Of a DNA stretch of 64,000 bases, positions 11,301-23,214 are shown piece by piece. The stretch comes from the human T2T-CHM13v2.0 reference genome, Homo sapiens, in NCBI RefSeq assembly GCF_009914755.1, contig NC_060926.1, one strand, 5' to 3'. Position 1 is the first letter of the stretch, and each line of letters begins with the position of its first letter. The notes under the pieces were generated by a model. The model did not search any database. It saw only the letters and a list, made by a program, of their open reading frames with translations, and was not told where the DNA came from. Position numbers and translations under genes: made by a program.

Positions 11301-14300
11301 GCTAATGGTCTATTAATTTTACTTATCTTTTTAAAGAACCAAGTTTTTGTTTCATTTATCTTTTGTGTTTTTTTTTTTTTTTTTTGGTTTCAGTTTCATT
11401 TAGTTCTACTCTGATCTTTGTTATTTCTTTTCTTCTGCTGGGTTTGGGTTTGGATTGTTCTTGTTTCTCCAGTTCTGTGAGGTGTGACTTAGATTGTCTA
11501 TTTGTGCTCTTTCAGACTTTTTGATGTAGGCATTTAATGCTATGAACTTTCCTCTAGCATGGTTTTTGCTGTATTCCAGAGGTTTTGTCATTATTATTGT
11601 TCAATTCAAAGAATTTTTAACTTTCCATCTTGATTTCATTGTTGACCCAATGAGCATTCAGGAGCAGGTTATTTAATTTCCATGTATTTGCATGCTTTTG
11701 AGAGTTCCTTTTAGAGCTGATTTTCAATTTTATTTCACTGTGGTCTGAGAGAGTACTTGATATAATTTTGATTTTTTAAAATTTAGTGAGACTTGTTTTG
11801 TGGGCTATCGTATGGTCTATCTTGTAGAATGTTCCATGTGCTAATGAATAGAATATATATTCTGCAGTTGTTGGGTGGAATGTTCTGTAAACATCTGTTA
11901 AGTCCATTTGTTGTAGGTTATAGACTTAAGTCCATTGTTTAAGTCCATTGTTTCTTTGTTGACTTTCTGTCTTGATGACCTGTCTAGTAAAGTCCCTTAC
12001 TGTTATTGTGTTGCTATCTATCTCATTTCTTAGGTCCAGTAGTAATTGTTTTATAAATTTGGGATCACCAGTGTTAGGTGCATATGTATTTAGAATTGTG
12101 ATATTTTCCTGTTGGATTAGTCCTTTTACCACTATATAATGTCCCTCTTTGTCTTTTTAAACTCCTGTTGCTTTAAAGTTTGTTTGGCCTAATATAAGGA
12201 TCACTACTCCTGCTCACTTTTGGTGTCCATTTGCATGGAGTATCTTTTTCCACACCTTTACCTTAAGTTGATGTGAGTACTTATGTGTTAGATGAATCTC
12301 CTGAAGACAGCAGAAACTTGCTTGGTGAATTCTTATTCATTCTGCCATCTTGTATCTTTTAAGTGGAGCATTTAGGCCATTTACATTCAATGTTAATATT
12401 GAGATGTGAGGTACTATTCTATTCATCGTGCTATTTGTTGCCTGAATACCTTATTTTTTCATTGTGTTATTGTTATATAGGTCCTGTGAGAATTATGCTT
12501 TAAGAAGGTTCTATTTTGATGTATTTTGAGGATATGCTTCAAGATTTAGAGCTCCTTTTAGCAGTTCTTGTAGTGTTGGCTTGGTAGTGGCAAATTCTCT
12601 CAGCGTTTGTTTGTTTGGAAAAGACTGGATCTTTCCTTCATTTAGGAAGCTTAGTTTTGATGGATACAAAACTTAGCTGATAATTGTTTTGTTTTGGAGG
12701 CTAAAAATAGGACCCCAATTGCTTCTAGCTTGTGGGGCTGAGAAATCTGCTGTTAATCTGATAGATTTTCCTTTATAGGTTACCTGATGCTTTTGCCTCA
12801 CAGCTCTTAAGATTCTTTTTCTTGTCTTGACTTTAGATAACCTGATGACTATGTATGTAGGCGATGATCTCTTTGCAATGAATTTCCCAAGTGTTCTTTG
12901 GGCGTCTTATATTTGGATATCTGGATCTCTAGCAAGGCTGGGGAAGTTTTTCTCAATTATTCCCTCAAATATGTTTTCCGAACTTTTAGATTTCTCTTCT
13001 TCTTTGGGAACACCAATTATTCTTAGGTTTGGACATTTAACATAGTCCCAAACTTCTTGGAGGCTTTGTTCATTTTAAAAAATTCTTTCTTTGTCTTTGA
13101 TGCATTGGGTTAATTCAAAAGCCTTGTCTTCGAGCTCTGAAGTTCTTTCTTCTGCGTGTTCAGTTCTGCTGCTGAGATTTTCTAGTGCATTTTTTATTTC
13201 TCTAAGTGTGTCCTTGATTTCCAGAAGTTGTGATTGTTTTTTATTTATGATCTCTGTTTCACTGAAGAATTTTTCTTTCACATCCTGTATCATGTTTTTG
13301 ATTTATTTAAGTTGTACTTCATCCTTCTCTGGTGCCTCCTTGATTAGATTAATACTTGACTTTCTGAATTATTCTTCTGGCAAATCAGAGATTTTGTCTT
13401 GGTTTGGATCCATTGCTGGTGAGCTGGTTTGATCTTTTGGGGGTGTTAAAGAAGGTTGTTTTGTCATATTACCAGAATTGTTTTTCTGGTTCCTTCTTTT
13501 TTGGGTAGCCTATATCAGAAGGAAGATCTTGGATTCAAGGGCTGCTGTTCAGATTCTTTTGTCCCAAGGAGTGCTATTTTGATGTGGTGTTCTCCCCCTT
13601 CCTCTAGGAATGGGGCTTCCTGAGAGCTGAACTCTAGTGATTATTTTTGCTCTTCTGGGTCTAGCCACCTAGTAGAGCTACTGGGCTCCTGGCTGGTACT
13701 GGGGAATGTCAGCAAAGAGTCCTGTGATATGACCCGTCTTCAGATCTTCCAGTCGTGGATACCAGCACCTGCTTTGATGGAGGTAGCAGGGGAATGAAGT
13801 GGACTCTGTGTGAGTCCTTGGTTGTTTTATTTAGTGCACTGGTTTTGTGTTGGTTGGCCTCCAGCCAGGAGGTGGCACTTTTAAGAGTTCATCAACTGCA
13901 GTTCTATAGGGAGGATGCAAACTCGCCCTAGGAACAGGTTTCTCAGGTGGTGGGCAGGGCCATAGAACTCCCAAGAGATTATGACCTTTGTCTTTGGCTA
14001 CCAGAGTTGGTAGAGAAAGACCACCAGCTGGGGGAACGGATAGGCATTTCTGAGCTTAGCCCCTCCCAGGGCAGGGCTTTCTGTGGCTGCTGTGGGGGAT
14101 GGGGGTGTGGTTCCCATTCCAGTGGAGTTATACTCCCAGGCAGATTATGGCTGCCTCTGCTGAGTCATACAGGTCACCAAGGAACTGGGGGAAAGCTAGC
14201 TGTCATAGGCCTCACCCTGCTCCAAGCAGCCTGTAGTCCTAATGGCCTCATTCCCTCCATGCTCCCCCAACAGCACTGAGTCTATTTCCAGGCAGCTGAT

Positions 14301-14545
14301 GACCAGGGCTGAGAACTTGCACCAGACCATGAGCTTCCCTATTGAGAAAGCAAGTTGACTCAGTTTTTGGCATCTCAGGGAGCCTGCAGGGGTAATCCAG
14401 TTTCTTCAAAGCATCTGTGGATTCTCTCAGCTTTCCTGGTATGTTCCTGCGGTCGTTTTTGGAGCAAATGTTCACATTGTGAGTCTCCACATGCTACTCT
14501 GTCTGTCCAAGCAGGAGCTGCAAGCTAGTCTTTCTTCCTATCATA
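8389..14545 (-). mobile_element. Full-length LINE-1, L1PB1-like with L1PBa-type 5' UTR; ORFs disrupted
   Basis: 3' UTR signature TTTCAATAGGTTTTTGGGGAACAG...TTTCTGAGATTTTGGTGCAC; RT fragment ...[10 protein letters not shown]...LFADDMIVY (10141-10602); endonuclease fragment 11926-12132; ORF1 coiled-coil fragment 13075-13293; 5' end GGAGCTGCAAGCTAGTC. Confidence 0.92.
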
Positions 14546-15556
14546 TCTATGATTCTTTAGCAATTGAAAGTCTAAAGCCATCATTCATCTCCTCTTGCCA
14601 TGATATCTAAATATAAATATGTATTTCACATGTCTCCTAACTGGCAAGAGATGCCCCTCAGTGGAATTTTAGTTTCCATCACCTGTGAAAGAAGGAGCAA
14701 GCCACTGCCAAAAGGTGGTCACTCAGCCTCTTGGGCCCCAGTTCTAGAAGCTCTGGATAGTGACTGCCTGTCGTTGGGGTGCTCAAAATCTCTTTGTGCT
14801 TGAAGTTCTCAGAGAGAACATATATCCTAGCTAGTTCTGAGCTGCTCTTCCTGTGGACACCCTTCAATCACCTCTTCAGGGAAGAGCCTGTCTCTCCTAA
14901 CTGTCCCACAGAGAGACTTTCCTCAGACTGACTTATGATTCTCTCACACTTCTCGATTTTAGCTCCTACTAGTGGCATTTTGTGTGGCATATTTTGTGTT
15001 TGCACATAAAATAGAATTCAAGCAAAGACTTGAAAGAATTAATAACCATCTGGTGACTCTCTGTCACACCCATAAAATCCTAGTATAATTTAAAAATATA
15101 TATAGTTTTTGAATTCATTTGTTGAAATATTTAAATAATGTTTTCTTGGTATAAAAGAACAACAATGGGGTGCCTAAAAATGCTCCAAAGTGAATTGTGT
15201 ACACGACCTATTCTATATTTGGAGTTAGATTTCTTCAGCACATCTTTCCACATTTGTTGGAAATCTGTTCACAGTTGGTGGAAATCTGTCCAGCTGCTTT
15301 CATGTGATATGCTAATAAATAGGCATGTGCCTTAGTCTGTCTTCTGTTGCCTATAACAAAATACCTAAAACTGGATAATTAAGAAAGAAAAGGAATTCAT
15401 TTCTTACAGTTATGGAGGCTGAGAAATTCAAGGTAGAGGGGCTGCATCTGGTGAGCACCTTCTTGTTAGTAGGGACTCTGCTGAGTTCTGCAGTAGGACA
15501 GGGCATCACAATGGTGAGAGGCTGAGTCTGCTAGCTTAGTTCTCTCTTCATCTTCT

Positions 15557-17300
15557 TTTTTTCTTAATTAAAAAATTTATTAATACATAATATGTGTACA
15601 TACTTATGGGGTACATGTGATATTTTGTTGCATGCATAGAATGTGTAATGATCAAGTCAGGATATTTAGGGTGCCCACCACCTGGGGAAGTTATCACTTC
15701 TATGTATTGCAAACATTTCAAATTCTCTCTTCTAGCTATTTAAAAATATACAACACATTGTTAACTGTATTCACCCTACTCTACTTTCCACCGTTAGAAC
15801 TTAGTCCACCTATCTAACTCCATGTTTGTACTCATTAACCAACCTCTTTTATCCCCTTTACCCACCCCACACACCCTTCCCAGCTCCTGGTATCTATCAT
15901 TCTACTCTCTACATTCATAGGATTCACCTTGATAGCTCCTACAAATGAGTGGGATTATGTAATATTTGTCTTTCTGTGCCTGACTTATTTCACTTAGTAT
16001 AATGAACTCCAGTTCTATCCATGTTGCTGAAAATTACATTATCTCATTCTTTTTATGGCCATATAGTAATCCATTGTGTATATATGTCACATTTTTAAAA
16101 ATCCATTCATCCATTGGTGGACACTTAGGCTAATTCCGTATCTTGGCTATTGCGAATTGCGCTGCAATAAACATGGGGGTCAAGTATATTTTTGATACAC
16201 CAACTTCTATTCCTTTGGATAAATACCAAGGAGTGGGATTGATGGATCATATGGTAGTTCTAATTTTAGTTTTTTGAGAAATCTCCATACTGTATTCTAC
16301 AATGGTTGTACTAATTTACATTCCTAGCAACAGTGTATCAGCTCCCTTTTCTCTGTATCCTTGCCAACTCTGTTATTTTTTGTCTTTTTAATAATAGCCA
16401 TTTTAACTAGAGTAAGATGATATCTTATTGTGGTCTTGATTTTCATTTCCCTGATGATTAGTAATGCTGAGCATTTTTTTTTCATATACTTATCAGCCAT
16501 TTCTATGTTTTCTTTGGAGAAATGTCTATGCATGTCCTTTGCCCCCTTTTTAATGGGGTTGTTTGTTCCTTTGCTGTTGAGTTGTTTGAGTTCTTTTTAT
16601 ATTCTGAATATTAGTCCCTTGTTAGATGAACAGTTGGCAAATATTATTTTTTCCATTCAACAGGTTGTCTCTTCACTCTGTTGTTTCCTTTGCTGTGCAG
16701 GACCTTTTTAATCTAATATGCTCCTATTTGTCTATTTTTATTTTTGTTGCCTGTGATCTTGAGGTCTTAGCCATTGTATTAGTCCATTCTCATGCTGCTA
16801 TGAAGAAATACCCAAGACTGGGTAATTGATAAAGAAAAGAGGTTTAATTGACTCACCATTCTGCATAGCTGGGGAGGCCTCAGGAAATGTACAATCATGG
16901 CAGAAGGCACCTCTTCACAGGGCAGCAGGAGAGAGAATGAGTGTTCAGCGAAGGGGGAAGGCCCTTATAAAACCATCATATCTTGTGAGAATTCACTCAC
17001 TATCACAAGAACAGCATGGAGGTAACCACTCCCATTATCTAATTACCTCCCACCAGATCCCTCCCATGACATGCGAGGATTAGGGGAACTACAATTCAAG
17101 ATGAGACTTGGGTAGGGACACAGCCAAACCATATCAGCCCTAAATTATTTGCCCAGACCAATGTCCTAAAGTGTTTCTCCTATTTTTTTTTTCTAGCAGG
17201 AGAAAAATCCCTAAATACTGCTTATTCTATAACCCAAAGATAACCACTTGATAGTTTCAGGTCTTGCATTTAAGCCTTTAATCTATCTTGAGTTGATTTT
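15557..17300 (-). mobile_element. 5'-truncated L1MA4/5-like LINE-1, interrupted by THE1C
   Basis: 3' UTR ATGGGGTACATGTGATATTTTG...ATGTGTAATGATCAAGTCAGG; ORF2 C-terminal remnant [19 protein letters not shown] (16324-16533); TSD approx TTCATCTTCT/TTTCTCTTCT. Confidence 0.85.
16775..17136 (-). mobile_element. THE1C MaLR solo LTR
   Basis: TGTATTAGTCCATTCTCATGCTGCTATGAAG...GAAGGCACCTCTTCACAGGG...CAGCCAAACCATATCA; TG...CA ends; 5-bp TSD GCCAT/GCCCT. Confidence 0.9.
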
Positions 17301-17709
17301 TTTCTCTTCTGATAAAGCCACCAGTCCCACTTCCATGATAACTCATTAATTCATGAATCCACAAATGGATTAATCCATTTATGAGGGCAGAGCCGTTATG
17401 ATCCAATCACCTCTTAAGGCCCCACCTCTCAATACTATCACATTGGGAATTCAATTTCAACATGAATTTTGGAGGGGACAACATTCAAACCATAGCAGCA
17501 TATAATTAGGAAATAATTTTATTTATATATAGACATGAGATATAATGAATAAGGAATAATACCAGGTAGTGCTCAGTGAAATATAAAAAGGTGGGGCAAA
17601 CTATAGTATTCTATATTTGGTAAAGCCTTAAAAGAGATAGAAGAAGTCTTAAAAATAAGTAGGTAAGCCCCTGTCCTGCTACGTGGTGGGGCATAGGTTT
17701 CATTAGTGA

Positions 17710-17880
17710 TGGGTAACATTTATGAGTGCTTACTGACATCAGTACTGCTCTGAGCATTTCACTTGTGTTTTCTTCCTTGTTTTAAGTATACTTACTAAAG
17801 ATTGAAAAGGATAAGAATTTGCCCCATTAGGTAGCACAGCTAAAAAGTCCCAAGACTAGGGTTTGAACCTCAGGAGTCTA
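17710..17880 (-). mobile_element. MIR fragment
   Basis: TAACATTTATGAGTGCTTAC...GCACAGCTAA...GGGTTTGAACCTCAGGAGTCT. Confidence 0.6.
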
Positions 17881-17884
17881 CATT

Positions 17885-18588
17885 GCAATTCTGATCACTA
17901 CCTGGGGTTAGGTCAAATTTCACAGGTTAAAGGCATGGTCCCCCACAAAACTGACCTCATCCCAGATATCAGCTGCAAGCTCAAGAAGGTCACAGACCGC
18001 CCATACCTCTGACAAACTGAATTTGAGTGTTCCCATGACCTCCTCAGCTTTGGCAATTCACTAGAACAACTCAGAGAACTTAGGAAAGCACTATACTTAT
18101 TATTACAGTTTTTACTGTGAGTGATGCAAATCAGGACCAGACAAAAGAAGAGAAGCACAGGGCAAAGGAGAGTCCCAAACATGGTTATCTTTGGAACGTG
18201 TCGCCCTCCCAGCACAATTAACAAAGAATCTCCAGTGAGCTTCAGTGTTCACAGTCTTTATTGTGATTTCATTATGTAGGCATGGTTGGTTGAATCGTTG
18301 GCCATGTGACTGAATTCAATCTCTAGCCCCAAAATCCTTCTCTGATAACATATGGTTCAAAGCCCCAACCCTATAGTCACATGGCTGGTCTTTCCAGCAG
18401 GGCAGGCCCCAATCTATAAACTCTCTAGGGACTTACCTGAGTCACCTCATTAGCATAAACTCAGATGCGGTCTGAGGGTCCACTTGGAATAATGAAGACA
18501 CTCCTACTACTTGGGAAATTCCAAGGGTTTAAAGGCTCCCTCCCAGGAGCCAGGGACAAAGGCCACACAAATTCTCTATTATACAACA
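17885..18588 (-). mobile_element. MER21-family LTR
   Basis: TTCACAGGTTAAAGGC...AATTCACTAGAACAACTCAGAGAACT...TCACCTCATTAGCATAAACTCAG...GGAAATTCCAAGGGTTT...ATTATACAACA. Confidence 0.8.
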
Positions 18589-19914
18589 CAGTCATCCTGG
18601 TGGTAAGGGAACTTGAGTCTCATCAAAGGACTTCAGAAGACTCTCAACCCCCTTCTCTCCTGAGGCCCAACATTAAACACTAAGCTCCACAGTAAGGCTC
18701 CTGAAGGAACATAGACTTCTGTTTCTGAGGTCGTGCCTGAGCTCTAGCTGGGTGGGTTAGTAGAAGGGCTGCCCTCCGAGAATTGGAGACTAAATGCTCA
18801 GGGTCCTCAGAAGTTTCCTAACAAGAGGGTGCAGATTTGCTCTGCAAAGACTGGAAGCCACATATTTGGACAGCAAACACCTCCATGCATTGAAATGACT
18901 AACAAGCCAGAGGAGCCTTTCCTAGAGGTGGAGGACAGCATCTTGTTAAGTGTACTAAAAACCATATCTGTAAATCAGCTGCCGTTTAAAGCAGTTAGCA
19001 GTCACTTACCACCATGGGCAATAAGCATATGCTGGGCTACAACTGCCATCAGCCCCAGGGAGCCTCAGAGAGGTTCCTGGTTCACCATTTCACAGACAGA
19101 GACATTGGTGAAGGAGTATGGGTCACAGATGGCCTGGGACTGAGAAATGTCTGCTCCAACCTTATGTTCCCAGTTGTCCACCAGTCCATACCTGTTGGAC
19201 TAGGAGACTCAGAACTTCTAGGGTACAGAACTCTGGGTGCTTGGAGTACTCATTAAATTTGCAAGCTCTTTGGTCTCCCAGAAGAAGGAAGCAGATACAA
19301 GGGATGGGGCCCCATGGAAATCCAGAGAGGCCAGGCTGTGCTGAAGGGAGACGGGCATCAGAAACTGCTGGGGTGGGTCCAAGAGCTGGGAAACCAGAGA
19401 AAAGTGTTTCTGGAAGCTTTACTAATCATTCCTTCTCCCCAGCATGACTTATTCCCTCTCACCTGCAGGCCTTAGCCTGACAGATCAGTATGCAATCAGT
19501 CTCTCACTCTACCTATAGGGAGTGGATAGTAACCAGCTCAATGTATGTTGCCTGGGTTTTAGGGAAACAAACACATTTCTGATTGTTCAAAATAATATAT
19601 GAGCATTAGAGAGAAAATAGAGAGATGCACAGAGCAGGACAAAATCTCTAAATACTGCTTATTCTATAACCCAAAGATAACCACTTGATAAATTTGATAT
19701 TTCTCCATCTGAGTCCAATGCTAACCTAATCTCAAATATCATATACACACTCACACACACAGACACTCACTCACTCACTCGCACATGTCCCTCACTCTCC
19801 GGTTGCTCCTTGTCTGAACTTAGGAACTATGAATACATTCAGACATAGACATATACTTATAAGTAGTATTTGAATAACTACATTTTCATTCCTCAAAAAA
19901 TTTTTAAAACAAAA

Positions 19915-20060
19915 CTTGGATAGTTGTGACCTTGTGTAAATTCCTTAACTGCTCTGACTTTCAGGTTACTCATCTGTGAGTAGGTATAATGACCCCTGCC
20001 TCACAGAACTGGCTATTAGAAGGTCTCAAAGAGACAAAAGCCCTGAGGCACTGGCATTGT
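19915..20060 (+). mobile_element. MIR fragment
   Basis: TGTGACCTTGTGTAAATTCCTTAAC...CTCATCTGTGAG...ATAATGACCCCTGCCTCACAG. Confidence 0.6.
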
Positions 20061-20326
20061 GCATGTGGTGCAGCAGGGACCCAGGCACCATTAGTTCTCC
20101 CTCTCTCACTGGATCCTCTCTGGCTCCAATAGGTCATCCCAGCCCCACCTTGACTCACCTGTCTGCAAGCATCTGCTCATGGTCCTGAAGCACCTAGATG
20201 GATAATTCATGGGCAAAGCTCAGAGAGGAGAGGACTGTGTATGGCTGGTAGGAGAGGGGCTCTTGGAAGCCATTTGCCATGGGTGCAGATGGCATAAAGG
20301 AGGGGAGGAGAGAGGCATTTCCCAAG

Positions 20327-21901
20327 CAGTAACTTTAATATTTTCAAATCCATATATCTCTAACTATGACTGAGAGGCTCAATGGAGCCATTGGCATGGA
20401 TCAAATGAATGAGCTAGTGGTTGAGATGGTTGGTCATAACATTTGTAAGCATAGTCCTGACAGGCTACTTGAATTTTGACTCCCTGCAAGTTAAGCACTG
20501 GGATGGTTTTTGTGAAGCGGGTTCACTGGGCACTGGTTACCTACTTGTCTGTGTCCAGTGAGACAAAACACTCACATACAAGACATGAAGTGAGCTTATT
20601 GTTTGCAGGCAGGCAGCAAGAGACCACAGAAGCCTAGGATGTAATTTGAGCCAGTCTCCCCAGGCTCAGGAAAGCTGTCTGGGGCTGCTAGTCTCATCTA
20701 CTCATGCCCCACCTGTACCACAGCTGAGGGACCCCAGAAAGCAGCCTGCCCTCAGTTTTATACTTTGGGGCTCTTGGAATCACTGGGATAAAGTGTTGAA
20801 GGACATACTATTTTTCAGGGTTGAGGGCAGGCTGAAACAGAGCCTGGACTATTCCAGCCAGTTCCTCCCTATTTAAGGTTGTTGCAATCTTAGCACAGTT
20901 TCCAAGTGTTCTTGAGAATCACAACTGAGAAAGAGGGAGAACTGGGTTGGTCTAAGGCCACCCAGAGAATAGTCCTGAAATTTTGACTGCTGTATGGAGT
21001 TCAGCTCTTTTTGTTCATGGTTCTATTTTGTTTACTTTACTGCCATAATAGATCTGATAAAATGGATAAGGAACATTGATGTTATAATATACAAAATGAA
21101 TGAGGAGTGTAATTGTGATGACAGTTCTTCAAACATGCCTCAAGATGATCTTTACCTGATTGTATGTTGCATTTATTTGCTTACTATCTGTACGTAGTAT
21201 ATAAGGATAGCTCCTGAACTCCCAAAGGCAGTGTTAAAAAGAGAAAATAGAATGATGATTATAACCAATCTGAATTTTCGTTTATTCAGATTAAAGGGTT
21301 TCTTTATCCAAAATGTATTATTTGCAGACATACCAAAAAGGAAAACAAAAAAGCCTAAAGCATAAACCTTTTCTATCTCATTTAAAAGGAAAAACACACA
21401 AAATATAAAAGTTAATGAGTTTCCTTTTAAAGTGAACATTGCAAGAATTCCCAGCATCCCATCGTGAAGCAAGGTTTGCCTGTTTCTGATGCACCATCAT
21501 TTAGTTAAACTTCAATCTGCATTTTCATATAGATTCAGTCTCCAAACCAAACCTGATATTTTATAACACTTTGGAATTTATTGCCAACAAATCAAGTTTT
21601 TCTAACATAATTAATCTAAAGTAAATTAAACTGTGTGCTTCACTTGGCAAATGGAAATAAGTAAAAATCTGACTACATATTATGAATATTATTAAATACA
21701 ATTAAAAATAAAATTTATAATACATTCTTCAATACTACACTAATTTGAATGAAATATGTTAAGCTTGAAATCAGTTCTGTATGATATTCTAAACAAAAAT
21801 GACAAAATGGTTTTTAAAATTCCAAAGGCAGTTGGTAAGATCGTATGTTAGTGTGAGTAGGGTTCACAAATCAAAAAATGTAGTGCTGAGGGAGAACTCT
21901 G
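20327..21901 (+). mobile_element. Charlie-type hAT DNA transposon remnant (internally deleted), interrupted by LTR40
   Basis: Manual translation from 21236: KKRK*NDDYNQSEFSFIQIKGFLYPKCIICR, then ...SHLKGKTH, resembling the zf-BED of Charlie/ZBED5-type transposases; later REARF and YRFSLQTKPDIL resemble the hAT dimerisation C-terminus; termini only tentative. Confidence 0.55.
20511..20979 (-). mobile_element. LTR40-family (ERVL) solo LTR
   Basis: TGTGAAGCGGGTTCACTGGGCACTGGTTACC...GTGAGACAAAACACTCAC...CAGCTGAGGGACCCCAGAAAGCAGCC matches recalled LTR40a. Confidence 0.75.
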
Positions 21902-22014
21902 ACTCTTTGGACAAGCTTGTGGTGTGGCTAATCAGAGAAGTGTCATATTTGCTGCGGAAGGTGATTTTTTCTAAAGTAGCCAGGTGAGGGTGCAGGACCA
22001 TTTGCTGTCTTGGT

Positions 22015-22243
22015 AAATAACAGCAAACACTGACTTAATATGTACTACGTGCCAGGCATTATTGATTAAGCATTTATTGGTGTTAGCTATTTAACTCTAC
22101 CAACCACTCTGTGAGGCAGGCATTGTTGCTAATGTCATCCCCATTTTACAGATGAGGAAACTGAGAGCCAAAGTCCAAGCAAAGTGATGACTCAAGTCCA
22201 GGCTATCTGACTCCAGACTCTATACATTGAACCACTGTGCTAC
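22015..22243 (-). mobile_element. MIR
   Basis: TACTACGTGCCAGGCA...CCCCATTTTACAGATGAGGAAACTGAG...TCTGACTCCAGA...AACCACTGTGC. Confidence 0.85.
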
Positions 22244-22844
22244 GTGCGTATCGAAAAGTGCACGAACTCATGGTTGACTTCTCATAATACTTGGGTTTGT
22301 CATTGTTCCTCACCCTCACCCCCAGTCCCCAATCCCCAGACAAACACCTTGTCATTGTCAGGTGAAAGAAGCTGATCCTGTGTTCACCTGGGGGCTCCCT
22401 TTTTCCTCTTCCAAGGGTGTTAGGCTGTACCTTGGCTCTCTGTCAGTCTAGGGCTAAGAGTATAACTTGGGGTAATTATGCATTTCTTCATTCTTGCCTC
22501 TATGCTGGTGTACATGTAAACTTGGTAGGAGCTGCTGAACTGTAAGTAAACCTAAGGCGTATGGATTATTAGGGAGGTATTGAAGCATTTGCTGGAAGAA
22601 TAGGCCCAGTTAACCAGAGTTGGCTCAGCACACCTCCCCAGGTCAGTCATGGGGAAAGTTTAAGGGATTCTGAAAGAGATACTCACGGAGAGATGAGGGC
22701 ACTGAAAAGGATAAGGGGGGGTACAGCCCCCTTCTCCCTGGCACCCTAATGGCCTCCAAACACTCATAGTCCTCTCCACAAGGGTGTGTTCTGGGTGTGC
22801 TTGGTGGTTATGGTTTGTCCTTGTGGAACCACCTCAGGCAGATC

Positions 22845-23050
22845 AGAGGTTGGGGATTCCAGTTTCAGAATCAGGTTGGAATCCTCCCTCTACTCTTTAT
22901 CAGCTATGTGACCTCAGGAGAGTTACCTCATCTCCCTGAGCCTCTGTGATCTCATCTGTACTAGGGACTTAACAATAGTTTTCACCTAATGGAGTTGTTG
23001 TGAAGATTGAATAAGAATAAAGTACACACTAGTGCCTGGCTCAGAGTAAT
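22845..23050 (+). mobile_element. MIR
   Basis: AGCTATGTGACCTCAGGAGAGTTACC...CTGAGCCTC...CTCATCTGTA...GTTGTTGTGAAGATTGAAT. Confidence 0.8.
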
Positions 23051-23214
23051 TACACAGAGCGCAGTCATACATTTATGCATACTGCATTTAGAAGCTTGCT
23101 GTCACTCCCAATACATAGATACTTTTACAGTACACACATGTATTCATGCATATTTCAAGTATTTCTTATTTTTTATCCCTCTGGATGGCTGGGAAACTTA
23201 GACTTTCCAATTAA

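Larger units (their letters stand above)
15328..17497 (-). mobile_element. MST-family MaLR solo LTR (MSTC-like), split into 15328-15556 and 17301-17497 by an L1MA insertion
   Basis: TGCCTTAGTC...ACCTAAAACTGGATAATT...GGAGGCTGAGAAATTCAAGG start; ATAAAGCCACCAGTCCCAC...ATTCAAACCATAGCA end; 5-bp TSD GCATG/GCATA. Confidence 0.85.
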
